Of a DNA stretch of 64,000 nucleotides, positions 12,401 through 22,800 are shown piece by piece. Both the position numbers and the translations under genes were made by a program. A model generated the notes under the pieces. That model was not told the origin of the DNA and ran no database searches. It saw nothing but the letters and a program-made list of their open reading frames with translations. The first letter of the stretch is position 1; each line of letters opens with the position of its first letter. The DNA comes from a virus. Lineage: Duplodnaviria > Heunggongvirae > Uroviricota > Caudoviricetes. The stretch is taken from the IMG/VR virus record IMGVR_UViG_3300042402_002792; one strand, written 5' to 3'.

Positions 12401-15400
12401 TACCAAATTTTTCCGCTTCTTCTTTTTGGTTACTAAAAATAGTTTGTTGTAAAGCAAATGTATTTCCTGAATAAACATAAACTTTTCCAGAATTAACATT
12501 TAGCGTATCACTCGATGGTGCGCCCACTATAAGTGTCTTAGCATCGTTAGACAATGTTATAGAAAATCCAAACTGATCTCCGTCGGCTTCTCCAGTCAAT
12601 GTTTGAACTCGAGTATATCCTGCTGACGTTAATTCGTATACATAAACTGCTCCGCGGTTATTATTATAACCCGGAGCTGATATTACAAGAACTTCGCTAT
12701 CTTCTGATATTGCTAAGTCATACCCAAACAGATCATTTGGAGCAGACCCTACAAGCACATCATTGTATCCATTATACCATCCAGCTGGGCTATCAGATAC
12801 ATACTCATACAAATAAACTTTTCCTCTAAGTTTATATTGACTCAGTGCAGGATCAGTATAATCTTCTAGTGCTGTTACAGCTAGAACACGACTTGTAAAG
12901 ACTGATTTCCAACCAAACTTTTCGTTTGCTAAAGGAGTAGGACTAACAATAATCTCATCAACATCCCATGACACTGACGTAGTTTTGTAGTAAATCCCCA
13001 CATATCCTTGATTAGCAAGACCGCTAGAATTAACATCTGAGGCAGTATATGCTGAAATAGCAACAAAACTACCTTGAGGATTAAACGAGATATAATTTCC
13101 AAAGTTCATGTTTACTAAACTTGAAACAGAATCTCTAGGTAAAAGTTCAGAGGCAGCTACCCATGTGTTTGATGCTTTAGCATAAACAAGTACTTTTGAT
13201 TCTGCGGTTGAAACAAATGCTACACTATCAGTTGGAGATAGCGACACACTTGTTCCATATTGAGAATTAGGAGCAGGACTTACAGTGTTTAAAGTATTTT
13301 GTGCAAAGACTTGTTGATTTTTGTACACAGAATATTTTGAATTTCCGTTATTGTCTGCCCATAAAAGTTCAGAAGTTTTTATAACTTTTGGAATAATATT
13401 ATTAGCATTGTCGATGTGATTAACTCTTGCAGATTTAAATTCATAAACTAAAATCTTTGAACTATCTTCAAAAGGATCTTGCCAGTTTTTAATAACTGTT
13501 GATATTTTTATTTCTCGTAAACTAACAGACGTAACCTTATAAAATCCTACAATACTAGTAGCATTTTCTATTCCGATAATATCCCCAGGTTGAACTTCTG
13601 GTATTAAATCTGTTTTAATAGTTAACACATTACTAGCATAACTTATAGTTTGTACTGTAAATCTTGCCTTTGTAAACCTGTAAACATTCCAGTGGTTTGG
13701 TTTAGGGGTTAATGGATCCGAGTAATCTAGAGATGTATCAAATCCACACCAAACGTAATCACCTTCTTTAAAATCACTTATGTCTTCAGTTAATATGTCG
13801 TTTAGAGAATCTAAATTTAATTTTACATCTTCATAACGCACATACCCTGCAGACCTTAAAAATTCTTTTGTACCTTCTGTAGACCACAGATCATTCGAAT
13901 ACCCTAACGGTTTAATATAGATATCTGTAGGAATTTGTCTATAAACAAAATCAATTTTACTAGGATCAATAAAATTAACAAGTTCAAAAGGTTGAGGGTT
14001 TAATTTAAATCTTGACTCGTCTAGTTTAAATTCAATTTCTTTATACGAATCAACTGCTCCATAGTTTCCAACTCTGATAGCCCATTCTTCATTAAAAGTT
14101 AAACTTTCTTGATTATCAGCACTAAGTACATCAAAAAGTTTATTAAACACATTTTGTGTACCTTTTTCAATAATCATTCCTTGATAAAACTTATATTGAC
14201 TAACGTCATCATTAATAATATTTTCAAGGTATTGACGCTTTTGATATCCAATTAAATGCTGGGCCATTTTTTGCTGTCCCGCATCAAAGTTATCAGAATC
14301 AAGACTATAAAAATCTCCAAATTGTAATATTTTATATTCCCAGTTTGGTAATAATTTTGCCTCTGGTGCTTGCTCTAATAATATCCAGTCTGTAGAGTTA
14401 AACGACTCTACACCAGGTAAAAATTTACTTGCTGTATAGAAATATTCTTTATGTTTAACTATTTCACCAATGTTATAATCAGTCCATTGATCCCATACAT
14501 TTATTCTAGCATCATCAAATATAAATCCAGGAGCATTATAACCACCGTTCCAAGTTGATGAAATGTAACCAATTACTTTGATACGTTCTTGTCGATATCC
14601 AGGTTCTTGATCGTAAATTACATCATTAAATAACGTTCTATTATCAAGCAATAACACATGTTCTTTTTGTATCAAATATAATGTTGCTCCATAGATGCCG
14701 TGGTTGGTATTCTTTGGCGTTAATACAAATTCGTTTTCATTTCTAAATGTATTTGCAAACTCGTCGTCAAGTTTTTGACCGTCAACACGGAATACTTTGT
14801 ATTCAAAGAAATTATCTTTTATGTCATTAACAACGGCATACGATGTCTTTAAAACAAGATTATTTGCTGCAGGGCTCAAAGAAATAATTGCACCTTCAGA
14901 CCAATTCTGTGTAGTCCAGAATAAAAATTCTTTTATTGCAGATTCCCAGTTATCAACATTTTTAAGATTTGTGTTAAATCCATCAAACACAAATCCTTGT
15001 TCTTCAAGATAACGTCCGTAACCTTGAAGGAAGTCAACTACTTCTTGAACTGAAGAAAATTTTGTACCATAACTTAAAAATAACTCTGTACTAGTATCAA
15101 ATGCTTTTCTTAATTCAGCGTCTCGACCTCCGGTCATAGGAAGCTCTGGTAAACGTTGATAATACGCATTATCAAAAGTGTCACCTGTTTGATGACTGAC
15201 TTTTACTCTATAATACTGATTGTTAGATCGAATTAATTTTCCAGACGCATAGTATTTGCCACTTGCCCAGTTTAAGAAACTTTCTGAAATTCCACCTACA
15301 TTAATAGTTCGTCCTGGCAAAGTATAAGGATAGTATATGAAATAAGGACTATCAACATTATACCCTCTAACTTCGTAACCGTCGGCGTATTTTGTAATTG

Positions 15401-18400
15401 CAACACCACTATAATTAATTTTTTTAATCGGACTTGAAGTGTTTGCAACAACGTTATAATTTTCATCAGGAATAAACACGCCTCCTGAACTAGCAACATT
15501 TTTACTATCTAAGATAAGTCTAAATTTTTCTTTAGATGTAAATCCGCCAAGCTTAGATCCTATTTGCATCTGAAGATTTTTTAAATCAAACTTGTACTGT
15601 GTATACAACTGTTCAGTTTCAGATGTGAGATAATCAACTATCCAGTTAATAATTCCAGATGTTATAACTCTATCTGTGCTGTTACTTGTTGATGGAATAA
15701 TTAAATCTGCTAATCTAATTCGTAGTTGAGTTTCTGTATAAACCAACTGATCGTTTTTATTCTTAATAATTCTACTTCTATCTAATGTTCTTCCTAAAAC
15801 TGAATTCGGTTGCATTAGAATTGCAGAATAAATTACTGCAAATGGATAATAACTACTGCGCCTCCATGCTGATTCAACTGGGCCAATGTCTCCAAATACA
15901 TAATAGCCTTCGGGTGTTTCTTTAATAAACCCTTGTGTAAAACCAATAATATAAGGATCAATCAAGCTACCGTTTTCATCAACAGGTGTACCTTTTTCTA
16001 AAATTGTTTTTGCAAAATTTGTTCTAGTTCTAATAGGGACCCCTGGTTCTCTTACTGTGCCAGTTTTAATGTCTTCCCATAAGACATAGTTGTTATTTGT
16101 ATACGGTGCTGGACCGTACACAGTGTCCCACCATTTTGGTTTTATACTGAATCCTAAACATTCCCATGGATGTGTATGAGGTCTATCAGTGTCCAGTGTC
16201 CATTTGTAAATACCTCTCCAGAATGCAGGGGCATCAGTTTCGTCTGGTAGGAAGTTATCTCGATAATTCCATGTAAACGGATCTAATCGATTCCACAAAT
16301 CGTTATTTTGTTTTGTATAATCTTGCGGAATGTTAGCTGTCCACTGGAAGAAAAATTGACTTAATATTTGTTCAACTTCTTGTTTAGAATATAAAGTTTC
16401 TCTTGAATATCCTGGAATGTATTGATGAATGTCAAATATTTGCGGGTCGTACTTAACTTTAATATTATTAAAAATTCTCATCTCTAGTTCGAGAATGAGG
16501 TCATCTCTATAATCATTGAACGCTATTGTGATACTACCATCATGACCTTGTATAACTTTTACCGGATCTAGATAGGTATCATCGATATATATCTTTGGTT
16601 CATATAATGGATATAAACCTAGTTTAGTAGGTGTAGCTGGGCAGTAAGCACCATCTGTCGATTCGTATTCAAATGTTTCAATAATGTCATCTTCTGTTAG
16701 AGTAACAGAATCTGATATTGTAAAAAAGACATCGTCACTAAACTCATAATCTCTACCGTGTAACAATTGATTACCATTTAAATAAATGTTCACAGCTTTA
16801 TTAGAAAGAGTGTTTAAATTAAAAGGAGCCGACAACGGATATGATTTTACCCTAGGATCTAAAACTATATACTCAATTCTTTTTCCGCCTGAATATCCAA
16901 ACATATCAGAAAGATAATATGTCTGTGTTTTAGTCTTATCTTTAAATAAAGTTTCTAAAATAAAATCAACATGACGCTTAGGATCTGTATCAATTCCCGA
17001 CTCTGAAGCAAATGTTATAAAAGCTCTCTTAAATTTACCATAGTCGTTTGTGGCAGCACTTAGTGCCTTAAACGCATTTCCAACTTTTGATCCTAAATGA
17101 TAAAGACTAAAATTTAAAGGACCAGTATGTTGTACAAATCTAGTGCCGTAAGGTGTAATATTTCCTAAATTTCTAATGTTATTGTTTCCTGGAAAGACTC
17201 CTTCAAATCCAGGTAAATTTTCTACTATTGAATTTACATGATCAATAACCTGCCCTAAAGTAAATTCTAAAATATTATTATTTTGAGGATTATTTTGTAA
17301 ACTTATCGGTATTTCATAATAACCGTTTTGATTTTTTGGCTGGTTAGCATAACACTTTAGTGTTACTACATCAGACGGGGAAATATCCCCGTCTATAAAC
17401 TTTACATATTTTCTAATAGGACCATCAAGAACAACAAATGTGTTTTTGTTTTTACGAATACCATTAACATATGCCTTCACTTCTAAATCTATTAACTGTT
17501 CTTTAAAGTCAAATACGTCAATAGGAAAATCATTTAAAACAAGTTCTGTCGAGCCATTTGGTAATACTCTAGATTCTTCTTTGAAAACTCTTACTATTCC
17601 TTGACTATTTTCAATAAACGATTTAGTCCAACCATTAACATATTCAAATCTATTTAGGTCAAATATTTTTCTTAAATAACCAACATTTGTATTTTTAAAT
17701 AATCGCTGAGCTGCTATTTTATAACTAAAACTATCTGCTAACAAATTAAATTCAAAAACTATGTCTCCAGTATTATTAATGTTTTGATACGATAGTGGAA
17801 ATTTTAATTCTGTATCAACTGCTCCGGTACCAATTTTATAAGAAAAAATCCTTGAGCCTTGAAAGCTTGATCCATCGTATACACTAATATCACTATAGCT
17901 TTTTTCATTTTCATCAAAAATGTCAAACAAGGGAGGTTGATTAGTATACTGTTTGTATTGACCTAATGTCCACTTAGATCCATTGTACCAAAACATTCTT
18001 CCTTGATTAGTAGCACCTAATTTAATTAATACTGTTTCGTATTCTAAAGGAACAGTATCTTCATCTTCAACAAGATTAATCTGACGACGTAATCCGGCAA
18101 AAACTTCAAGTTTGTGAATTCCTGTACCGACAGCAAAGATATCAATTTTATTTGCAAAATTTTTGTCTGCAAATAATCTGATCTTTTTTGAGTCAACTAC
18201 AGAAACATAATATACTTGTCTGTTATCTAAACCTTCTATTGTTTCATTTCCGTTAATAAGATAGGTAACTTGATTACCTGTTACTAATCCGTGTTCTTGA
18301 TCAAACGTAATAACATCGTTAACAATGTCAATACTACTAAAGGCATTGAAGTCAATCTGGCGGCCTGGTAAGGTTATAGTAATAAAATTTACTTTAAAAA

Positions 18401-19862
18401 TTTTACCATTAACATATCGATCAGTATCTGCTGTAAACAATACACGCATACCGTCTGTAAGCGGAATACCATCAATGTTATAGCCTAATGTGCCTTCAAT
18501 TGTTGAAAACACATCAGTAGTAAATGTATCAATAACATCTACGTTTTTCTTTGCTTTATGACCAAAGTTAAAAAGTTTTAAGCCTTCGTCAAATTCAATA
18601 ATTGGTCTAATCGCACGTTGAGTTTGGTCAAATTCCGGAACAACATTTTGAGCTTGCGCTGCTGCTAAAATCACATCTTGATGGAACCAACGATTATATC
18701 TAGACCATTGATTTCTATCAATACTAGATCTATTAATAACTACATAATCTTTTTCTTTTGGAAACGAAGTTAGTGTACTAAATGGAGATTTATCAAACGG
18801 TTCGTCATCAAATAATAATGCACGTTCTTCTGTATAGCCGCTGATAATTTCTAAATCGTCTTCGTTTACTAATTTAATTGCAGTGCCAACACCTTCAACA
18901 TACCAGTATCCTTCATTGTAAATTTCAGGAGTCACACGGCCAGCAAATGAAACTTTCATTCCATTTGCCAAAGCAATTCCGTTGCTTAAAGTATATGTTT
19001 TCTTACCTAAAACATCAGCACCAACATCTAAGAAACTGTTTTCATCGATGTCTTTAATTTCAAAAGCGCCGCCAGTGTTAGCATCAGCTTCGCTAACATA
19101 ATACAATACATCTGGAGCATTTGACAATACAGTAAATGTAATAATACCATTAGTTACGCTAGAAGCAGAGACGCCGTCAACATACTTGTCTAAACTACCG
19201 GCTACTCGTCTTGTCTTAATTGTAAAAGGATTATTAGGAGAGTCAATTACAAAATTATATGTTTGACCCCTATATAGTGTTAATATCGGATTCCTAGTTA
19301 AACCGTCAGGAGTGAATAAAAATGCGTAATTGTCGTCTTCATCAACTACAGACACTGTATACGTACTCTCAATTGCTTGTTGTTGGCCTTGTATTTCAAT
19401 AGGAGTAGGTCCGTAAGGCAACCAGTAATATTGTTGAAAGTTTACAAATTTATCCCAATTAATATGGGGATTCCAACTATAAAATTCTTCTTTATTAAGA
19501 CGTGCATGATTATTAACAACTCCGCCTTGTGTTTCTATATGATTAATATGATCAATATAATCTTTATAAAAGTTTACATTATCTAATTCATCTTTAATAA
19601 CTGCTACAGGTTCTAGTTGGTAATTTTGACGATCGCTATCAGATGCTGAAATATATACATCGTTAGCTGTAGAAGCTTTAGCATTTCTTCTTCCAACAAA
19701 TCCAGATAGTTTTTTAACAGTACCTGGCTGAGTAAGTTGATCTAATGTAGCAGATAAAAACTTTTTATTAGCATCTGTTCTAAAAAAACGAGGCAGAAGA
19801 TCAGAAGATTTTCTATTAGAATTATTAGAAGTTGGAAGGCCTGATTCGTTTTGAGTATCCAT
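6429..19862 (-). CDS. Giant (4477 aa) baseplate/virion structural protein with FG-GAP-like beta-propeller repeats
   Basis: Uninterrupted 13.4-kb ORF coupled (TAATG) to gp6; FGYDLAIS..LVISAPG..GAVYVY and FGFSITLS..LIVGAP..GKVYVY repeats; GxGY..P repeats; (G/A)DGST..(F/Y) repeats near the C-terminus. Confidence 0.75.
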   Translation of the reverse strand: MDTQNESGLPTSNNSNRKSSDLLPRFFRTDANKKFLSATLDQLTQPGTVKKLSGFVGRRNAKASTANDVYISASDSDRQNYQLEPVAVIKDELDNVNFYKDYIDHINHIETQGGVVNNHARLNKEEFYSWNPHINWDKFVNFQQYYWLPYGPTPIEIQGQQQAIESTYTVSVVDEDDNYAFLFTPDGLTRNPILTLYRGQTYNFVIDSPNNPFTIKTRRVAGSLDKYVDGVSASSVTNGIITFTVLSNAPDVLYYVSEADANTGGAFEIKDIDENSFLDVGADVLGKKTYTLSNGIALANGMKVSFAGRVTPEIYNEGYWYVEGVGTAIKLVNEDDLEIISGYTEERALLFDDEPFDKSPFSTLTSFPKEKDYVVINRSSIDRNQWSRYNRWFHQDVILAAAQAQNVVPEFDQTQRAIRPIIEFDEGLKLFNFGHKAKKNVDVIDTFTTDVFSTIEGTLGYNIDGIPLTDGMRVLFTADTDRYVNGKIFKVNFITITLPGRQIDFNAFSSIDIVNDVITFDQEHGLVTGNQVTYLINGNETIEGLDNRQVYYVSVVDSKKIRLFADKNFANKIDIFAVGTGIHKLEVFAGLRRQINLVEDEDTVPLEYETVLIKLGATNQGRMFWYNGSKWTLGQYKQYTNQPPLFDIFDENEKSYSDISVYDGSSFQGSRIFSYKIGTGAVDTELKFPLSYQNINNTGDIVFEFNLLADSFSYKIAAQRLFKNTNVGYLRKIFDLNRFEYVNGWTKSFIENSQGIVRVFKEESRVLPNGSTELVLNDFPIDVFDFKEQLIDLEVKAYVNGIRKNKNTFVVLDGPIRKYVKFIDGDISPSDVVTLKCYANQPKNQNGYYEIPISLQNNPQNNNILEFTLGQVIDHVNSIVENLPGFEGVFPGNNNIRNLGNITPYGTRFVQHTGPLNFSLYHLGSKVGNAFKALSAATNDYGKFKRAFITFASESGIDTDPKRHVDFILETLFKDKTKTQTYYLSDMFGYSGGKRIEYIVLDPRVKSYPLSAPFNLNTLSNKAVNIYLNGNQLLHGRDYEFSDDVFFTISDSVTLTEDDIIETFEYESTDGAYCPATPTKLGLYPLYEPKIYIDDTYLDPVKVIQGHDGSITIAFNDYRDDLILELEMRIFNNIKVKYDPQIFDIHQYIPGYSRETLYSKQEVEQILSQFFFQWTANIPQDYTKQNNDLWNRLDPFTWNYRDNFLPDETDAPAFWRGIYKWTLDTDRPHTHPWECLGFSIKPKWWDTVYGPAPYTNNNYVLWEDIKTGTVREPGVPIRTRTNFAKTILEKGTPVDENGSLIDPYIIGFTQGFIKETPEGYYVFGDIGPVESAWRRSSYYPFAVIYSAILMQPNSVLGRTLDRSRIIKNKNDQLVYTETQLRIRLADLIIPSTSNSTDRVITSGIINWIVDYLTSETEQLYTQYKFDLKNLQMQIGSKLGGFTSKEKFRLILDSKNVASSGGVFIPDENYNVVANTSSPIKKINYSGVAITKYADGYEVRGYNVDSPYFIYYPYTLPGRTINVGGISESFLNWASGKYYASGKLIRSNNQYYRVKVSHQTGDTFDNAYYQRLPELPMTGGRDAELRKAFDTSTELFLSYGTKFSSVQEVVDFLQGYGRYLEEQGFVFDGFNTNLKNVDNWESAIKEFLFWTTQNWSEGAIISLSPAANNLVLKTSYAVVNDIKDNFFEYKVFRVDGQKLDDEFANTFRNENEFVLTPKNTNHGIYGATLYLIQKEHVLLLDNRTLFNDVIYDQEPGYRQERIKVIGYISSTWNGGYNAPGFIFDDARINVWDQWTDYNIGEIVKHKEYFYTASKFLPGVESFNSTDWILLEQAPEAKLLPNWEYKILQFGDFYSLDSDNFDAGQQKMAQHLIGYQKRQYLENIINDDVSQYKFYQGMIIEKGTQNVFNKLFDVLSADNQESLTFNEEWAIRVGNYGAVDSYKEIEFKLDESRFKLNPQPFELVNFIDPSKIDFVYRQIPTDIYIKPLGYSNDLWSTEGTKEFLRSAGYVRYEDVKLNLDSLNDILTEDISDFKEGDYVWCGFDTSLDYSDPLTPKPNHWNVYRFTKARFTVQTISYASNVLTIKTDLIPEVQPGDIIGIENATSIVGFYKVTSVSLREIKISTVIKNWQDPFEDSSKILVYEFKSARVNHIDNANNIIPKVIKTSELLWADNNGNSKYSVYKNQQVFAQNTLNTVSPAPNSQYGTSVSLSPTDSVAFVSTAESKVLVYAKASNTWVAASELLPRDSVSSLVNMNFGNYISFNPQGSFVAISAYTASDVNSSGLANQGYVGIYYKTTSVSWDVDEIIVSPTPLANEKFGWKSVFTSRVLAVTALEDYTDPALSQYKLRGKVYLYEYVSDSPAGWYNGYNDVLVGSAPNDLFGYDLAISEDSEVLVISAPGYNNNRGAVYVYELTSAGYTRVQTLTGEADGDQFGFSITLSNDAKTLIVGAPSSDTLNVNSGKVYVYSGNTFALQQTIFSNQKEEAEKFGRTVKLLDNDNLAIFSANGDSEIGTTFDIYSEILTGYVNNPESAVQETPTTIDNGTLRIVDIQIDAGRVDVFERLNNNFIFAETLFSSTSNDQSDLFGHSIAVNSNNIMIGAPNETGTYAKEGKVYAYSKPHQSSAWSVYHEEALRPNIENIKKAYIYSRKENQLTAYLDLVDPLQGKIAGPAEQELSYKTFFDPATYSLGTTGLNVDEGMQWTNLQVGTLWWDLTKAKFLENGAGDVVYRNTTWNRLYETASIDIYEWVESKYKPSEWDEISSSDRGSILGITGLTKYGDSAYSIKKNYDKISKTFKNIYYYWVKNPTVMPTHPNRKLSAYSVSRLISDPASEGYTCLALTGSNSFSLVNVERLISSSDHNLLVQYWNVNLNFVETNAHSQWKILSEHPNTVIPPEIETKWIHSLIGKDLNDRPVPDIKLQVKQRYGIAFRPRQSMFVNRIEALKQFIERVNNVLKLKLVADDYDLSDLLKFNDPPSAMSGTWDLKIDTEPELRFVGTATLIQARLEPVIENGRIIGAYIVNPGQGYINAPYITISNTGRGAVVKTVINQNGQVTGVTVVEKGEGYTNNTTFTIRPFTVLVSSDSNTFNKWSTYHWDVESLQWNRLKGQSYDVRNYWRYIDWYANGYSQFTQVNHIVDNTYELAVLESNIGDIVKVNNVGSGGWLLLQKYNNLTTIDYTLNFSVVGRNNGTIQFNSNLYDFSDIGYDSALFDTAIYDNLAETELRIIIDTIKNKLFVDELRVEYLKLFFASLRYVLHEQVFVDWIMKTSFVKATHNVGSLKQKVNYNSDNLENYEDYVKEVKPYRTQIREYVSSYSKLDLSQSSVTDFDLLPVINEGFAVSPLGIRLDGQGGLVYSDNELTTYPWKHWYDNVGFTIINIELVDGGSGYIDNPVIRIEGGYGAGAEAKAYIANGKVNRIQLIKPGTGYLKAPTIIVDGGLSVNGTAARAVAIIESEVVRANKIAIKFDRITRTYYVSEITETETFTGTGSKLQFLLKFSPDPTVGTSSVTVNNIEVLRDDYTLTTKKSTTKGFTSYSGILTLTTAPAAGDVIEITYKKNFHHLSAADRINFYYNPTTGMYGKDLAQLMTGIDYGGVNITGLGFNISGGWDSLPWFTDSWDGFDASFDDYIVVVGDSTYTFTLPYKPAAGEKINVYVNGTRIDDPYFNLYDGSTVQPNGRTIAPAGTVMSTITGNGVTDTFSLPNLTNTPQLDINTGDKIIFRRQTSDGSVAPLPGEYDTQLSGGDLIYSTATGLAPDDIILDGDKFVTPMTSHAPEEIVPGQITDTLAIKVFQLPTSASAKVSYLNYIADGITAEYSLPQIPANKPSVFVRLDGRVLAQGVDYTINWKLQNITLTSIPTAKKIVSVITLGVAGQEILDTNYFIADGSTTEYITNASYIENMGSVVLLNGEPVNHVVFRTDDGYESPGKVGLRFAEGFTSDDLITYLITANNNQKTSTTKMQEFIGDGSTKTFTLDNPVGVNEPHSNSVIVLINDLIQYSGSSEYFDLSNNNLIYPLSKAKVQAFRANPADFEVYLDGVKLTYGSQYYFDNSGVNVVLVDTIYKEGARLTVTNYTQAQYKVQNGQITVTVTPQPGWRIRVYTFYDHDVLEIERTLEFTQLEFLTNPSMYEFYTIKDLKGGQFKLPKMVASDDYVWIVKNNQMLAHSIDYYLDSDLKTIKLANPFTPSDAEIHAIILSDRVVNHSWAYMQFKDMLNRTHYKRISKVKTTRLARDLLQTDREIHVVDGSRLSPGNPALNLPGIIEINGERIEYYVKTGNVLSQLRRGTLGTGVPNLHRVRTNVIDIGHSETIPYVDRQVVETTVSDGSTNIIPLNYLPKKTAVTWYTETIPANNGRSDELEVFVGGYRLKKTNYKLFEESNGYPYSPEGDSQYEAEFSVNGTTNAVRITAEVPADTKIVVVKRQGSLWHPDGTDLTYHNGDIPRFIRNTEAIFSQYLVDKYQYVLATDDGTTLMTEGGEPLELD

Positions 19863-22800
19863 TAGTTGTTTCCTGCGCTAGTAATGCTTTGTTGACTATT
19901 TGTTGTGATCGAATACGATATTGCACCGTTGCTCTTAATCCTGCTTGCTGTAACAGCTGAAATTATTTCAATGTCGTCAACTGTAGCTCCATTAATAAAA
20001 ATTTGATCTTTTTCTGATTTGATTTCAAATAAACTACCAAACGTAAGATCTGATTGTTTAGGAACTATTAAGAAGTTTGCAAGATTTGGTGCAAGTCTAT
20101 TCATAACATACGTTGATAGTTCAGTAAAATAAAAATTATCCCCAAAGTCCCAGTTTTCTAAAGCAAAGAATTCGTTTATTGCTGAAAGAACTTTTGCTTT
20201 AATATCATTATCACTGATTACTACTTCAGGGTTTTTTACAACCTTAAACGAAGATTGTAAATCTATACTGGCTGTAGAACCAAACAATACTTTATATCTC
20301 ACCGGATGATAAATTATTTCGTCTGATACTGATTTAATTTTATTAAGTTCTGTAGATAACATATTATATAAAAAGTCTGTGCTTGGCGGCATAGGCTCTT
20401 CTTCAATGCTATTGTTTAGCCACTGTCTAAAAGATTCGTCGTAGTCTTTAGTTAGAACAAAAATATCAATAATATTTGTTAAACCTGGGTCAATTCTTGA
20501 TTCGTAATCTGCATTATGAATATACTGAAATTTAATACTATCTCGGCCTTGATAAACTTTATAATCTAAAGACACTTCAAATGCACCAGTTGTCTTATTC
20601 AATCTTTTAACAGTATTAGTATCTATAAAATAAAAATACTGACCGTCAACTTCACTATTAACACTTACAACTGATTGACTTGTTCTAATTTTAACTATCT
20701 CTGACGAATTATCAACCCATCTGTAATCTTCTTGATTTTGAGATAGTTGATAAAGTTCTTGAACAATATACTTGTTTGTAGGATTTATTGTAGGTGCAAC
20801 AGTTTCTTCAAAGAGGTTAGGATTATCAACAACGCTGTCATCATCACTGTCAGCAAATGTTAATTGAATTTTTTTAGTATCAACATAGCCATCAATACCT
20901 CTAAATTCTTCTGTTATTTCCCATTCTTTATCATAGGTAAAAGGAATAGTTAAATCTGGTTCTATGTTTATACTTAAAATTTTTATCTTGTCTTTTACTA
21001 CAACATTTGACCTAGTGTCATAAATTTTATCGCTAGCATCAAAATAAAATCTTAATTGTTTGTCGCTTTCAAAAATATACCGCATTAATCTTGACCTAAC
21101 AGTATAAAACTCAGTATCTGTAGTAAACAAAATTAACCAACTTGAATCTAATTGTTGATTAGAAATGTCTCCTTGCTTGCCCAGATTAAAAGAATTAGCA
21201 GTATCTAAATTAACTTCAAACACAATCTTCCATGCTCGTGATTCAACATCATAACGTAGACCAAATGGTTTATTTGAAAATACTAGATCTACCATAGTGC
21301 TAACAGTGTTAGTATCAATTGTTGCTCTAAAAGCAGGAATAATCTGTTTAATGATCGATCCCGTTGGAATAATGTCGTTTAACACTACAGGGCCAGAGCC
21401 GTCTGTAAGAATTCCTGTTAGATTATTTGTACCGTCACCGTATACAGAAACTACTTTACACCAAAGTGTAGTACTAGAATTATAAGGTTTAAGCTGCCCT
21501 GATAAGACTGTTTCAATAGTATTATCATTGCCTAAATCAAAATATTCAGTTGCAGGATTAGGCACTTCAAATTGAATAAGAGCACCTGGGGTCATAAAAC
21601 GCAACACCGTACTTGTATAAGTTCCAGTCTTATAAGGTGTTAAGGGAGCACCGGGAGTATTGTCAGCAATAAAACCAGTTGACTGATTTGTTTCACTTGT
21701 ACGGGCAAACCATTTTACGTTTAACGATTCTGTAGCAATACGAGTAAATTTTGAATAGTAAAAATCTCGTAATTGTTTTGATTTTAAAATTTCTACAACA
21801 TTATTATAAATGACTGCTTCAATATCTGTTTTAGTATTATAATTAAATCTAAAACTGTCAGTATATTCTTCTTTGAATAAAACACCGTCATCAGCAAACA
21901 AATTTGTTTTACTGTATTTGCCAGTTGGGTCAACTAGATCAAAATAACGACTAATACCACTAGCTGTACGATTTACTGATTTAATTTTAATAACTTGTTG
22001 ATTTACATTTAAAGGACTAATGTTATAATCCTCGCCAGTAATCATTCTATTTTGAGTATAATAGGTAGCTGGAGCATTAGCTTTGATAGAATCATTTGAT
22101 TCAGGCTCTGAAGAGTTAGCTACAGAATTTGTTAAGCTTACAGTAACAGATAAAGTTTCAAACTGATTTAAATTTGAAACGTAAGGAATATCAATTGTAA
22201 CGTTTCTTATGTCCCTAGGATTAATTGTATACGTTACACCAGCACTTTGTCTGTAATATATTCTAAAATTACCTCTAGGTAAAGTTCCAAAAACGCCATC
22301 ACTAAACCCTAAACTAACAGCATCATTAGTTCTAGAAATAACAGTATAAATGTTCCTAATGTTTTTCTTTAAACTATTATAAATTGTATTATTGCCTTCT
22401 AAGGCAGAAATCTTTGCCCAGTACTCAGATTCTAAATTTTGACTATCTAATTTGTAAAGCCATACATCATCATTATTAATATTAAAAGCATTAATATCAA
22501 TAATTTCATTACTACTAGGTTGATCAATAGTAAAAGCACCTTGACTTAAAATGCCCTGTTTAAAATGTACGAAAAATCCAGTATTAGAACTACCGTTTCC
22601 TTTACCATCATTTCGGTATATGAAAGCCATACGATTGCCTACCGCAGGTGGTTCTTCGTAGATATATTCTTGATCTTTAAAAGTGCTTGATACAATTTCA
22701 AACTGTAAATTTCTACCATCTACTGACTTAGTAAATGAGTAAACTGGTACATCAGTATTACTAGCTTGAAATCTATATTGTTCTGTAGGTATACCATAGA

